From Eledone cirrhosa (taxonomy: Eukaryota), in assembly GCA_964016885.1 (NCBI GenBank), contig OZ024746.1, positions 43,214,001 to 43,278,000 on the forward strand: a stretch of 64,000 bases of DNA, written 5' to 3'. This document shows positions 41,996-55,722 of this stretch, piece by piece; within the stretch, counting starts at the first letter, position 1; the number at the start of each line of letters is the position of its first letter. The position numbers were made by a program, and so were the translations under genes. Below the pieces are notes generated by a model, which was given only the letters and a program-made list of their open reading frames with translations, was not told where the DNA came from and did no database searches.

Positions 41996-44474
41996 AGTAG
42001 TAGTAGTAGGTTTAAATGCTAAAGGGTTAACTAGTAAGACTATTATTCAGCAGAGGATTCAATGCTTGGGATAGTAGAGTGTAAATATATTAGAGAGTTG
42101 GGGCCCAACAGCTGCGTTCTTGCCATTTTGACAACAAAACTTCACACTATGATAACATATAAATAAATAATTACATAGGATTAGAAAAAAATACAATAAT
42201 GAAAATGAAAACACTTAGCTAATTAAAATAAAATATGTAAATAACACTTTTATTAAAATCCGTAAAATATTACAATATTGATGATAAATTCAGAAACAAA
42301 TAATCCTTATAAAAACTAAAACTGTAATTATGTATCAATTGTAAAGTATACAGAATAGTTGTGAGAAAATCAATAAGAAAGGATAATGACATAATATCAA
42401 TATTCAGCAAAATATATTGCAACACAAAAAATTCTTGAGAGAAATCTATGAAAATGTTAATAAGGTTAATAATGGTTACTTTATTAATAATAATGGCTTT
42501 TGCTTTTGAAAATACATAAAATATATAATATACTTTTTACATAAACTACATCCAAAATTACTAATGAAATGTGACACTAAAGAAACCTTTTTTAAGCATT
42601 CCATAAAGAAGATAAACCGATTGACTTCAAAGTGGATGTCATATTATGATAAGAAAACAAGTTGGAGTCAGGTATTTTGACAGGAGTTTAGTAACATACC
42701 TGAAACAAACACTGTGGGAATAAAATCCAATCTCAAGTAGGATGTATTTGATTCTTTAGCTTAAAAATATAACACTTTACCCACTAGACAATATTGACAT
42801 CAAAAGGTAGTTTAAAATAAACAAAATATAAACATTATTGATTTGAACACAATATAAATAAGGCAAGCATTAGTAAAGATCTTAATTTGATTTGTTATAT
42901 CGATAAAAATAGAGTCAAAAGATTAAATGTTTATTATTCACAAGATATTGACTTTTGATTAATCTATTTTGGTTTGATTTTTATCAGTTATTGTAACCTA
43001 GTGCTTTTGAGATATTTTTACATCCTTAGTGAAATTCAGATGAAACAGGAAAATGGATTTATCTTTTAGTTTTAATCTCTGTTGCATTCCAAATGAAGTT
43101 TCATTTAATAGAATTTTCAATAATTATTTAGGAATTCATTAATATTTGAAAAGATCGCAGATTTTCATTGTTTGTTGATGTTAGTTTTTTCCATTTTGTT
43201 TCTTTAATTGTAGAAAATGAATATAAATACCATTACAATATCATGCATATATCAGATATTCTTTGGAAGCATAAGGTAGGTGGATAATGAGTACAAAATA
43301 CAAGCCTTTTTATTTTAGTGTCTTATATAATTATTATTTCTAGAAAAGAATGTGATGATTAGACACATATATAGCATTTCATGTAAAACTTTTGTAAGGC
43401 AGCACAAAATTTTATTTTTATATACCAAAAATAGTTTCTCTACATTTGCTGCCATTGCTCTGAAATTATGACCTATACAAAATATGAACAAAGTTATAAT
43501 GCAGATATAATGTTATATAAATGGCAATTGAATTTCATTGGATATTTGTAACATAGATTTTAATGCAGCAAAATTGCAATGAGATGTGTTCGTATTACAC
43601 CAGATACATATGCTAAACATTCTCATTCAGATAACCATTATGGCAGCTGCCATACTTTGTTCAAAACATCTATTCTCCATTTAATAAACAAATTTTCTTG
43701 TATTTTTGTTGATTTCTGCTTGTTTTTGGTATTTGTTTGCAGCATGCTATTATGCTTTTCCTACTTATTTATTTTCTCTCCTTGTCTCTGCTGTATATAT
43801 GTTTGCACCAATAATTGTTAGTTTTCATTTACACAAATCTTTGTTGCCTAACAAATCTGGGAAAATACAGCGAAATTGGCTTTACATGAGTGTTTGATCT
43901 GACCAATTCTAGACTTTACTTACTATGCCAAATGTTTCTACATTATGTTAATTCATATTGATTGTGATGCATCTTGGTGGAAAATATTTCAATTTTCTAC
44001 ATTTTTCATATATTTAAAATATTTTCATGGTTATTTTAATAATTTTTCACTGATTTTCCTGTTTGATATGGACAACAAAGACACACTGAATATTGTCCCA
44101 GTATGGCCCCAACCCAATAACTGGAACTTGTAGAAAAACACTGAAAAAGGAAGATTATATACACATAAAATATGTATCATCTATAATATATAATTGATTG
44201 TTATTTAAATAGATGTAAAATGTTAGTTCTACTGACTGTCTTTGTGGTTGAATGGTGTAAATCACAGGATTGAGAAACAAGATCACTCACTGGAGGAGAT
44301 AAACATCAAGAGGAGACCTAGGAGTCATGACCTTGGTGGGCCTGGCTCCCTTAGTATGTTAGAAGGAATCAAATGCCGAAACTCTTGCTTGATGAGATTA
44401 TTGATTTAAATTGTGAAGTGGACATTTTAACCACGCAATCATGCCAGAACTTATGATGATAATCATTATAATTA

Positions 44475-44630
44475 TTTTTTCTAATTTCAGTACAAGGCCA
44501 GCAATTTGGGTAAGGGGTTAGACAAGTAAATTAACTCCAGTACATGACTGGCACTTTATTTTATCAACATAAGAAGAATGAAAGACTAAGTTGACTCCAA
44601 CAGGTTATGAACTCAGAATGTCAAGAGATG
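44475..44630 (-). mobile_element. SINE family 2 copy (partial)
   Basis: acaaggccagcaattt...actggcactttattttatc...tgaactcagaat. Confidence 0.75.
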
Positions 44631-45038
44631 GAACCAATAATAAGAAATTATTTTATTGACCAAAAGAAGAAGAAAAATGAGGAGGAGAAGGAGGCAGATT
44701 GAGGATTACAAAAGTCAAGGAAATCTCTGTGATTCAAGTGTCTACTCATAGAGTCAAGGGATTTTAGATTAAATATTTTGCCATACCGCCTGTCATTATG
44801 GCCAGATACTATTCTAGTGTATACATACAAATGAATATATATATATTTGAATTTTGTATTTCTAAAGAAATGCGCTATGTTTATAAATAAACATTTAGAA
44901 AGCCATATCTATGAACAACACACTGGCAGCTAACACCACCAGGTGGTGCCTGGCAGAGGCAAGGGGAACAATCATCGATGCATTTCGATGCTATGGCTTT
45001 CTAAATGTTTATTTATAAACACTGTATTTCTTATGAAA

Positions 45039-45184
45039 TACGAAATTCAAATACATATTTGTATACAGCTATGTTCGAAGCTAAATTCTAATTCTATTCT
45101 ATATATATATATATATATATATAGAATAGAATTAGAATTTAGCTTCGAACATAGCTGTATACAAATATGTATTTGAATTTCGTA
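45039..45184. repeat. Perfect 146-bp palindrome centred on (TA)12
   Basis: The 61-bp arms 45039-45099 and 45124-45184 are exact reverse complements, and the centre is itself palindromic. Confidence 0.95.
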
Positions 45185-45186
45185 GG

Positions 45187-45256
45187 AATCCAAACTAAAA
45201 CGGTAAAGGAACGGACAAATATAAATATACGTTCCTTTACCGTTTTAGTTTGGATT
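45187..45256. repeat. Perfect 27-bp inverted repeat with 16-nt loop
   Basis: aatccaaactaaaacggtaaaggaacg ... cgttcctttaccgttttagtttggatt. Confidence 0.95.
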
Positions 45257-45729
45257 GCTTTGAGAACGTAACTTTATTATGTAATGATGCTACCTAATGA
45301 TATCATGGGAATGATTACATGGCCACTGTTGTCATTGAAATATGTATCACAACCTTATCAATAAAGGACTCTTTAACATCTAAAACAACTCCGTATTTTC
45401 CTTATTCTCTCTCTCTCTCAATATATAGATTCTCTCTCTATATATATATAGATAGATAGGTAGATAGATAGATAGACAGGTAGATAGATATGTTTCTTTA
45501 TAGATAGGTAGATATATAGATAGATATATAGATATATAGATAGATAGAAAGAGAATTCTAAACAGGCATTCAGATATTTATTTAAGCCCAAATGTGGTTT
45601 ATTTTATATGCAGAAAACGAGAGATATTTCAGAGGTAAATCCAGTTGGTATACTTCCAATCATCTTAGATATAAATCACAGGGCATATATTAACAAAGAA
45701 ATAAGTTCAACAGTTAATACATTATTTAT

Positions 45730-45804
45730 TTGATCTACACGTGTTTCATTCCCTTTGAATATTATATACAATAAATATCCTTATAAAGAAATCATCAGGA
45801 TCAA
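45730..45804 (-). ncRNA. Type-I hammerhead ribozyme motif with long helix II and palindromic helix III
   Basis: Minus strand: TTGATC CTGATGA tttcttt...aaagggaat GAAA CACGTG TA GATCAA. Confidence 0.8.
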
Positions 45805-46299
45805 TTATATATATAACATTTTAAAAAGTGTTTAATTATCAATCAATGTATTCTGTAACTGCATGTGTCAGCCATAAACTGTGAACAATATTTTTCTAAG
45901 GTTATGGAAGGTTAGAATTGCCAGAATTATTTAAAGGTACTTTTCTTAACAGTTGTTCTACCTGGTATTATCAGCAGTCCTATTTTGATGTTAGTATAAT
46001 ATATGTCTGTCATTAGTGCAACTATACTAGTATTTACTTAAGTTGTAATCAAATGTAACCTCAGTATATGTTTTTTTTAGTGTTAATGTTATGAAGTCTA
46101 TGAAAACAAGTAATGGCTTAAAGTAACTAAGATTTATCAGTGCTTATTTTATTAGGTCAATTTTTAATAGTTATTCTTTAAATGGCACTTTAGTGCAGCC
46201 ACATTTAGTACATAATACATGATTTTGAGTGTAGTAGGATGGTATGTTTGATAAGATCTTGGTGTTAGATCTTAGATCATGAAGATGGACCAGATGAGA

Positions 46300-46640
46300 T
46301 TATTCAAAGTTATTTATACTTTCCTCATAGACAGTTCCCCAGTTTCCCCACAGTCTAGGGCTTCAAAAGAAGTAAGAGGAATGTTCACAGATTTAAAATT
46401 GTACTTCAGTTTGTCTTTATATCTGAGTAATGGTCTGCATACATTATGTGCACCATCCTAAAGCTGACTGTACAACAGTACCTCAGATGTGCAGTCTTCT
46501 GTCATCCATAGGACATGACCATCCCATTTGGGATGGGATTGCATTAGAAATGACTCGATCCCACCGATGTAGCACCTCGTGAAGAGATCAATATGGGAGA
46601 TTCTGTCAGAAAGTGCATAACCACAATGCTTGTTGGAGAC
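46300..46640 (-). mobile_element. BovB-like RTE C-terminal fragment (distinct family)
   Basis: DRISHIDLFTRCYIGGIESFLMQSHPKWDGHVLWMTEDCTSEVLLYSQL resembles the RTE LRWxGHVxRMxDxRxPKxLLYGxL region. Confidence 0.7.
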
Positions 46641-46684
46641 ACACACACACACACACATGTATATGTATGTGTATATATATATAT

Positions 46685-46740
46685 CGTCCCACCCTTGCAA
46701 GCAGGGAAAAGTTGACATGAAATGATGATGATGATGATAT
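46685..46740 (+). mobile_element. ~55-bp RTE 3'-terminal stub
   Basis: Nearly identical to 30421-30480. Confidence 0.85.
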
Positions 46741-46756
46741 ATATATATATATATAT

Positions 46757-48764
46757 AAAAGATGGTCTGCCGCAAATCGATCCAATAGAGGGACCAGCAG
46801 TGCAAGTTGAAGGTAGTATAATAAGTAAGGCAATCAAAGATATGAAGACAGGCAAAGCAGCTGGGCCTTCGGAGATAGTTGCTGAAATGCTGAAAGCATC
46901 TGGATCGGTGGGACACACTATGGTCACCCGGATAGTAAACCAAGTCATACCAAATGACTGGCGTAACAGCATCATCATTAACTGCTACAAGGGTAAGGGA
47001 GATGCCCTAGATAGGGGTAACTATAGAGGCATTAAATTAATTGACCAGGTCATGAAGGTCACAGAAAAAGTTATAGCGCAACTAATCAGAGAGCGAATTG
47101 ATCTAGATGAAATGCAGTTTGTGTTTGTGTCAGATGCTCTTTTCCTTGTACGACAACTACAGGAGAAGTACCTAGCTAAAAGTAAACCCCTATACTTAGC
47201 TTTTGTTGACTTGGAGAAAGCCTTTGACAGAGTCCCCCGCTCCATTATCTGGTGGGCTCTTAGAAAACTAGGTGTTGATGAATGGCTCATGAGAGCTATA
47301 CAAGCCATGTATAAAGAAACAGTCAGCAAGGTTAGAATTAACAATGAATATAGTGAAGAATTTACCATAAAAGTTGGTGTTCATCAGGGCTCTGTCCTTA
47401 GCCCCCTCCTATTTATTATTGCCCTTCAGGCTATAACAGAGGAGTTCAAGACTGGCTGCCCATGGGAACTTCTATATGCAGATGATCTAACACTCATAGC
47501 TGAATCAATGGCTGAACTAGAGAAGAAATTCCAAACTTGGAAGCATGGCCTAGAATCAAAAGGCCTTAAAATTAACTTGTCTAACACTAAAGTTCTAGTA
47601 TGTAGGAAGGAAAATAGGGCACTGGTCCCTTCTGGGAAATGGCCATGCTCAGTGTGTAGGAAAGGAGTAGGCAGAAACTCCATTTTATGTCCCAAATGCA
47701 AAGTAAGGGTGCATAAAAGATATAGTGGGATCACAGGTAAGCTAACTAAGAACAAAGATCTTATATGTGGCTGGTGCTCAGGTGCAATAAGTAGTAGCAA
47801 GTGCCCACAGGATAGTAGCTCCTTCTATAAAAATAGTGGACACCTTCCATTACCTGGGTGACAAAATCAGCAGTGGTGGAGGGTGCTCTGAAAGTACAGT
47901 AGCTAGAGTCAGAACGGGATGGAAAAAGTTCAGAGAGCTTATACCACTATTGGCTGCTAAAGGTTTCTCTCTAAAAATGAAAGGCAGACTGTATGATGCC
48001 TGCATACGAACAGTAATGTTATATGGCAGTGAGACATGGGCATTGTGTGCAGAGGATCTGCGCAGACTGGGGAGGAACGAATCTTGCATGCTCCATTCGA
48101 TGTGTGATAGTAAAATACGTGAACGGCAAAGCATAAATGAACTAAGTGACAAATTAGGAATAAGAGGGATCAGATGCTGTTTACTTGAGAGAAGACTACG
48201 TTGATATGGTCACGTGATGCGCAAGAAAGACGACAGCTGTATAAAAACGTGCAGGGCGATCAAAATAGATGGAAGCTACGGAGTAGGCAGACCCAGAAAA
48301 ACCTGGGACGATTTGATAAATTCCGACCTTACACACTTACACCTCTCCAAGACAATGTCACTGGACCGAGATCTTTGGCGCTATGCAGTAATGCAGAAGA
48401 CCCGCCTTGCCTAAGTACAAAGCGATAACTACAGTCAGTAGGCACCTCCTAACCAAAAATACACCCCCATCTACACCACCTCATTCTCTGTAAAGTTATG
48501 TTGGTAACACAACATCCAGTCCTAAATAAATGAGGTCGTGTAGGTGTCACGACAAAAAAACACAGTCCACGCTGTAATGTGGCCGTGTAGGTAACAAGGT
48601 AAAAACCTTCCAGTCCACACTGTAAACGTGATTGGTATTAGGAAGGGCATCCAGCCGCAGAAAACCCACCAGACAGTCCTATACGAGCAAGACAACCAAT
48701 CTTGCCTCACGTGGGACAATTCCCATCTAAACCCTAGCTAGTGTGGACGATGATGATGATGATG

Positions 48765-48766
<2 letters not shown>
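46757..48766 (+). mobile_element. RTE-clade LINE, 5'-truncated (RT, Cys-rich insert, C-terminus, ~350-bp 3'UTR)
   Basis: Encodes MKTGKAAGPS, KGKGD..DRGNYRGIKL, FVDLEKAFDRVPR, GVHQGSVLSPLLF, LLYADDL, GKWPCSVC, LYGSETW and GRPRKTW. Frameshift near 47836 and stop at 48204; (GAT)n tail at 48749-48766. Confidence 0.95.
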
Positions 48767-48802
<36 letters not shown>

Positions 48803-50218
48803 GCTAAAATTTATTTAGTCAAAAATACGGTGAAAGCTATTATATATATATATATTCTATATGGGGATTATATTTTTCAACTTTAATTGCACACACAAAT
48901 TTTGTGTTAAACTTTATCGTGTTTCAATATATTTTTATATTTAACCATGTCATTAAATACATGCCATTCTTTCAAAAATGTATTTAAGTGGTCAAAAACA
49001 TGTATTTTTAGATAGTGTTAAGAGGGAATTTTCATAAAGAGAATGGAAGTTGTAGATAAGTGATTGATCTGTTGGCATCAACTGTGTACTTTGGTTTGCA
49101 TTTGACTCAGTTAAATTATTTTATGAGATGATGAACGAGGGTGTTACTTTGTGGTTAAGTTAAATGTTTGGTTGCTTTGTATTTTGTATTGTTTTGTAGA
49201 GAGTACATTTCTTTATTCCATCCACCTTTGTAGGTTCCTGTTATGTGCATGGCAACATATTTACTTCATCTTTGTTCTTGGTTCCCTAGATATGTTTCAA
49301 AAGCAATGTGGAATGGTACTTAAAAGTGATGGAGTAAAAGTCAATTTTTTAATTGGATTCAGTCTCAAGGTAGTGTATAAAATTGCATTTTCATTGCTAA
49401 GGTAGATGAGTGGTATATTTCAAACGTTGTTTCTAAAAGGTTGCTTCCAGTTTTATTGCTTCCATTGTATTTTCATTGCTTTCTATGGTAAACAGAGGGT
49501 ATATTTCAGACATGTTTATGTTTTCCAAAAGGGTGCCTCCAGTTTCATTACTTCCATTCAATTATTATATTTCTACAACATACTTAGGAATTTGGCATTA
49601 TATAGGGCTTTATTGAAGTTAATATTTTATGAGAGACCTTGAAATTATATTTATTAAAAAGAACCGTAATAGCTGTCTGATGAGGTTGTAACTGCAAATG
49701 TAAAATATATATTACTACAGAAATATATAGAGATTGTATAACAAACACAATATGAGATTGTATAACAAACACAAAATGAGATGATGTATAACCTATTGAC
49801 CTCTACTTCATTGCTATAACAATACTCAGGAGTACACAGACTTGCCTGTATATTTCATTGAGTGCTCTATTCTGCATACACATATAGTGTCAGTTGATTA
49901 AGTAACACAAAATATACCAAGTGTATATATATATATATATAATGTATGTATATATATAATGTATCATTTGTCTGAGCAAATGTAAGATTACTCAGTACAA
50001 AATAAAATTTAATATATGATAAAATATATATGATAAAATATACATGAAAGCAAAATTGTTTTTTTTATTTTAGCAGACTTTAAGTTTCATGACTGAATAT
50101 GCAGATTTAAAGAACACCACATGTTGTCCATTCTTCAGTGTCAAATGGATGGCATGGGGTGTTTCTGAAAGCACCTATTTAGCCATGAAACTTAAAATCT
50201 GTGAATAAACAGTTTGAC

Positions 50219-50291
<73 letters not shown>

Positions 50292-50999
50292 TATATATAT
50301 AGGTGTGTGTGCCTGTGAGAGAGTAGATGGGGAGAGAGCTGGACAGTTCTTTGGTAGACAGATTGATATATAAACATATTTATCTATAAATATATTTTTT
50401 TTAAATTTATTATTTTGACAAGAAGTCCAGACCAACATTTTGAAATCTTTCCAAAATTTCATTGTAAAAGTGCAACAATGCCAGACAAAATGGTAATAAA
50501 AATGTAATTGTATATTCTATCAGTGATTGATTTCTTAATTCACTCCATTTAATGACTTATTTTCTGTCCCTGAGGCAATCTCTTAGAATTATTTTACTTA
50601 CATAAAAGAGAAATTGTAAATTTCAAATCATTAAGGTTTTTGTTCTTAATTCAAAATCTTCTTTAATTTTTTTTTATTAAAACATGTCTATAATAATAAA
50701 GTAAATCTTTATTATTATTCTTGTTTTGTTTTTCTGTGCTTGTGCTGCTGTAGTAGTAGAAGAGATAGTATGGCACAACTAAATACCTATCAGTATTTAG
50801 TTGTGTCATATCATATTCAAAATCTAAACCTTGCTAGATTCAACTTGCTCTTCAAAGTTAATAATCTACTAGGAATCTACTGAACTCAATTAAAACAAGT
50901 ACCCTACTTTCCCTACTATTATATTTTCACAGTAAAGGTTTTATCTCACATAATATTAAATCTATGGAATTTCAATATTATTTATTTTGAGAACAATAC

Positions 51000-51096
51000 C
51001 TTAACATCAGTATGAGTAGCAGTTATGTCTGGTTTGAACAGAAATAAGTAAGAGAATTCTGGCCTGATATGGCTGGTTTAAATGCTAAAGGGTTAA
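51000..51096. mobile_element. piggyBac-type MITE right end (another end at 42010-42029)
   Basis: ggtttaaatgctaaaggg-TTAA occurs at both places. Confidence 0.55.
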
Positions 51097-52939
51097 AAAG
51101 TAAAATACATAAATGGGTGGGAGTATTTAACTTTCATCTACATCATTCTAATGTCAAATACTAATAATGTAATTAACTATACACATTTCTTACAATATTT
51201 ACAATTGTAGTATGTTATCATCAACTGTGGCAAAAATAACATAGCTCTGGACTAATTACTGTATGCTATCTAGTATTGCTTGCATATTTCTTCATTAAAA
51301 TATCAAGATTATTAATACAATATAATAAAGGGAACAATATTCTAATGTCAATGGGTTTTTGTTAACCTAATATTTTATAGTGGTTCTGTCACATTTCATT
51401 AGTCATGATATAAGTAAAACCTTTCAGCAAAAATAGAAGCCATCTGATGATTTTAATATCTCGATTGTTTGTCATTCACTTAGCAATGGTATTTAATCAA
51501 CTTTGTCTGGTGATAGACCCGTATAGTGCTCTAGAATACTATCAATGCTACAATTAAAATAAAAAATATTATTTTTTATTATTTTATTAAATCATACGTT
51601 AATATTTGCTTTTTGGCTTTGATATAAAAAGTGCAATTATTAACATATATAAGTGTCAATAAGGATTAAAGTGAAAAGAGTAATCAGAAAGACTAAAATT
51701 AAATAAGATTATAAACTGATTTAAAATTCTGATTAAAGATAAGTAATATCTTGCAAAATAATGTCTCTTGACGAAAATATATCCTAGTAAGTTTTAATTA
51801 ATTGTAGGAAGTTTTTCAAATATTCTGTTATGAGAAAATAATTTGGCACTATATAAAAATAATTTATTCGAAATACCAAGTTTCTGATGATATAGAAAAA
51901 TATGATTTATATTATCCAAAGTTGAACAATTAGTTTTATGCTGTTCTGACACCAATTCATAATCAATATTTAACATAAAGCAATGCATTTAAACTTCAAT
52001 GAATTTCAGCTGGTGTTATTGATTTTAGAATGAAAAAATAAATAAACAAAAAATTTAGGAATTGAAAAAAATAATTTCATGAAGCAGCTTTCTTTTTATT
52101 CTGACTTATTCAAGAAAAAATGCTCAAAACAGTCAACACAAATATCCTAATGTCAAAAAGGCATTCTCTAACTAACTTCACTCAAGATGAAGGCATGCAA
52201 AAAAGGGGCTGGATAAAAAGGGAAACTGCTATTCAAGTGAAACACCTGAACTAGCAATAGCAGTAATCTGTTGTGTTTGTTTGAAAATCAGTATAGAAAG
52301 CAAGTGAAAGAAATATAAAGAACAAGAATTTTACTGACAGATTATTTGAATTTTGTGTTATTTCATCCAGTTGTGTTTAACATAAAGTTAGGTAATGAAA
52401 AACCTAAGGATAGCTAACAGGTCCTGCAGTTAGAACATGCAGATATAGGATGTCTGAAGCATTGGCTTGCATGAAACTACAGTTCGATCAGTATGCTATC
52501 TGAGAGTATTCTGTGTATATTGTGAGGCACGTTGTCTAATAATTTAGATCATGGTATATATTTTACTATCTTTTTAAATGGAAACAATTTTAATGGGTTT
52601 GAAGATAACAATTTCACTGAAGGAAATGTGATTGTTATACTGGACAGATGAATGACTAAGCTTCATTCTAGATAGGCAGATAAACAATATGTGTAGAGAA
52701 AGGAAAATATTTGAAACAGAGAGAGAATTTAACTAATAAAAATGTGGAAAAATATTGAATAAATAAAAAGAAAAACAATTGAAAATAAAAATAGAAATTC
52801 CTTTTGATTTAAATAGACTAAAATAATATTGTTATTTAAGAAAAATAATAATAAAAAAAACAGAATACAGAGTTGTTGTCTGTGATGTTTCTTATGATTA
52901 GTGCTACAACCAATAGATAACATTATAAGGTGAACATTA

Positions 52940-53135
52940 AAGTGCAGTGGATTGGCAATATCAATAGAGTGTCTGACACCATGCTTAGCAGCAAAGAGTT
53001 ATGCCCTTTCACATTCTAAGTTCAAATCCCTCTGAAGTTATCTTTGCCTTTCATCCTTATGGGGTTGATAAAATAAAGTACTACTAATGCACTCCCTCAA
53101 AAATGTTGGCTTTGTGCCTAAATCAGTAACCATTA
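52940..53135 (+). mobile_element. SINE family 2 copy
   Basis: ggattggcaatatc...agttcaaatccc...tttgcctttcatccttatggggttgataaaataaagtac. Confidence 0.85.
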
Positions 53136-55499
53136 TAAGGCAAACTTCATGAGGCAGATGCCATTTTTTAATCTTATTTTATTTCTTATTTCTTGCTATG
53201 ATTTTAGTCTTTGCAACACATTGCACCACCTTCCAGCGGTTATGGTAAGAAGAGAGATATGTTACTCTGAGCAAAGGATGCCAGCCTATAGGCATTGTCG
53301 GGGTAAATACATGCTGTCATTAAAAAGTTTACTTGGCATTCATGTTCCAGTTTCAATTCCACTGCACAGCATTTTGTGCATATTTCTTCAGGTTGAGTCA
53401 AACTATATGAGTGAAAATGGGTGGGCAGAAGCTGTGCTGAAATATGATTAATCTTAGTCAAACTTCCAATCATTTCTCTTCAGAGTAGCTTTAAGATTTA
53501 GAACATTTTCATTCTTCTTTTAATCAGAAAATAAATGAAATATAAAAAGAGAAAATGTATCCTTTTATTCAGACTATACCAATCCTTTCCTTTTTTCTTG
53601 TATTAGTTAAAAACATTTCCAGAACTTTCGTAAAAATTTTAATTGTATTAGAACTAAGCATTAGAAAAGTTTAGTGAAAATGTTAGTGTTAATCTTTGAT
53701 GAAATGCTATGACTGATGATACAAGGTCAGTTTCTGGATCGATCTCATTTTATTTTGATTTTGAATGAGAAAATATGAGATTATTTCTAAAATAATTTTC
53801 ATCAATGTGTTTAAATTGATTTTATATGAATATGTTTCACTTGATAAGAGACTGGATTTCAGATGTAAAGAAAAGACCAGTGAAAATTAGTTTAACTGAG
53901 TTAATCTGTTCGGAATTAACTTGTTAAGTGAAGCCTAATTGCATTAGAATTACTAAAGTTAATCAATAACTCGAATATTCAATTTAATGTTGGCAATATT
54001 TATGTGTTTTATGAGGGAAAATACTTTTATAGTATTGAAGGATAGAAATTACATGAAAAGAACACACTAAATTTAATCTGAAATTTCCTTTAGTCAGAAG
54101 CATTACAGCAAGATATTAATTTATAAATATGAATTATTTTGGTTAACATTAATTTTTCTGAGGAATCATTAATATAGTAAAGTCAATAATATGCAAGATG
54201 GACCTTAAATCTAAATCATAATTGTTGGTTTGCAGCTACATCTGTATGGAACTGTGATTTTGGTGGTAGAACACATGCACAGATTGGTTTTACACTATCA
54301 CCTGACTTCAGGGTTGGATTAAACATTAAACAACAGGTGCACCTGCTTAGGATATCATCGGATGCAGACATCATTTTATTCAGCTTTCGTATTTCAATCA
54401 AAACATTCTATTTTCATAATCAAGAAACAAGTATTTAAAAAACAATACACAATCAATTTATGGGACTATACATTCTCTTTTAAACTATCCATAGCCTTAA
54501 CATTTTAGAAACACAGAAGTTACATATATTCTAATCTGATAGTCAAATCTTTCACAATATATCTTTATCCAATTTGTAATGTTTGTAATGTATGTATAAA
54601 CAACACTATATATTCCAATGAAAAAAAGCAAAACTGACCTAAGGGAAATAACTAAAAATAAACAGTGGTATGATTTGAGATAAATCAAATATGTATGGAT
54701 GTACTGAATGACAAGAAAAAACTTTTTAATGAATAGAACTTTTATTTTAACTGGTAAAAAGTAAACAAAACCTAGTGGCATTTCTAACGACTCATGCATA
54801 CACATACAGTCAAAAAAAGAAACGGATGTACTTTCAATAAATTTGGAATTTATTAAATAAGAATAATCCTTATTCTTGAACAAAAAAATAGTCTTTTTGG
54901 TAGGGATGGTTAATTATATTCTTAATTTCCTGGAATCATTCCCTCTTTTCCTTGTAAGATGTAAAGATCATATGATGCTAGGTTTTGATTTTATTTCTTC
55001 AACTAAGAAACAAATTTCAATTCAAGTGTACACCATTCAGTGCTTTTATAAATACTATATATTCCAAAATTCCTCTGAAGCCTGTTGTTTGAGAAAATGT
55101 AGAATGCACTAACTTCCCCCATCTGGATATTAACAACAAAGATGTCCAGTTACTCTAGTTCAATGTATCTCATTCCCATTCCTATAACCCATTTAAGTCC
55201 TGCCATTTTTTCGAATATCTTTACTTCACATCATAAATCCCTTTCGTTTTATGTATTTCAGAGAAACATTAACCATCAACCTTTTAAGCACTGTAACAAT
55301 ATTGATTACATACATTCCACCTTTTAATCCAGGACCTCTCAGGAGCTATGGTTTTTTTAAAGCATTAGTTTTATTGCCTAGGAAAGATATATCTATATGA
55401 ATAAGATTCTTATAACTAGAATACAACTCAAACAGTTCCAACAGAAATTCAGTTTCCAGTAATAATAATGATAATAATAAATAACAATAATAATAATAA

Positions 55500-55722
55500 T
55501 AATTGTTTTTACCTTAGGCACAAAGCCAGCAATTGAATTATAGCCCTTTATGTTCTGAGCTCAAATCATGCCAAGGTTAGCTCTGCTTTATGTATCGACC
55601 CCATAAGGATGAAAGGCAGAGCTAACCTTGGCAGGATTTGAGCTCAGAACATAAAGGGCTATAATTCAATGCCATGAAGCATAATGTCTGATGCTCTAAC
55701 AATATTGCCAATCCCCTGCCCA
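55500..55722 (-). mobile_element. SINE family 2 copy with an internal inverted duplication
   Basis: 55532-55588 is the reverse complement of 55613-55670, with about two mismatches. Confidence 0.85.

Noticed and set aside
49000-49640. Possible very old PLE/LINE relics (also 6600-7250 and 32160-32370)
   Set aside because: Only isolated 3-8-residue motif resemblances; too decayed to call without a profile search.
54216-54401. Cys-rich 61-aa ORF, open on both strands
   Set aside because: No recognisable family and no convincing splice-site pair. It may be a TE relic, but I cannot support that.
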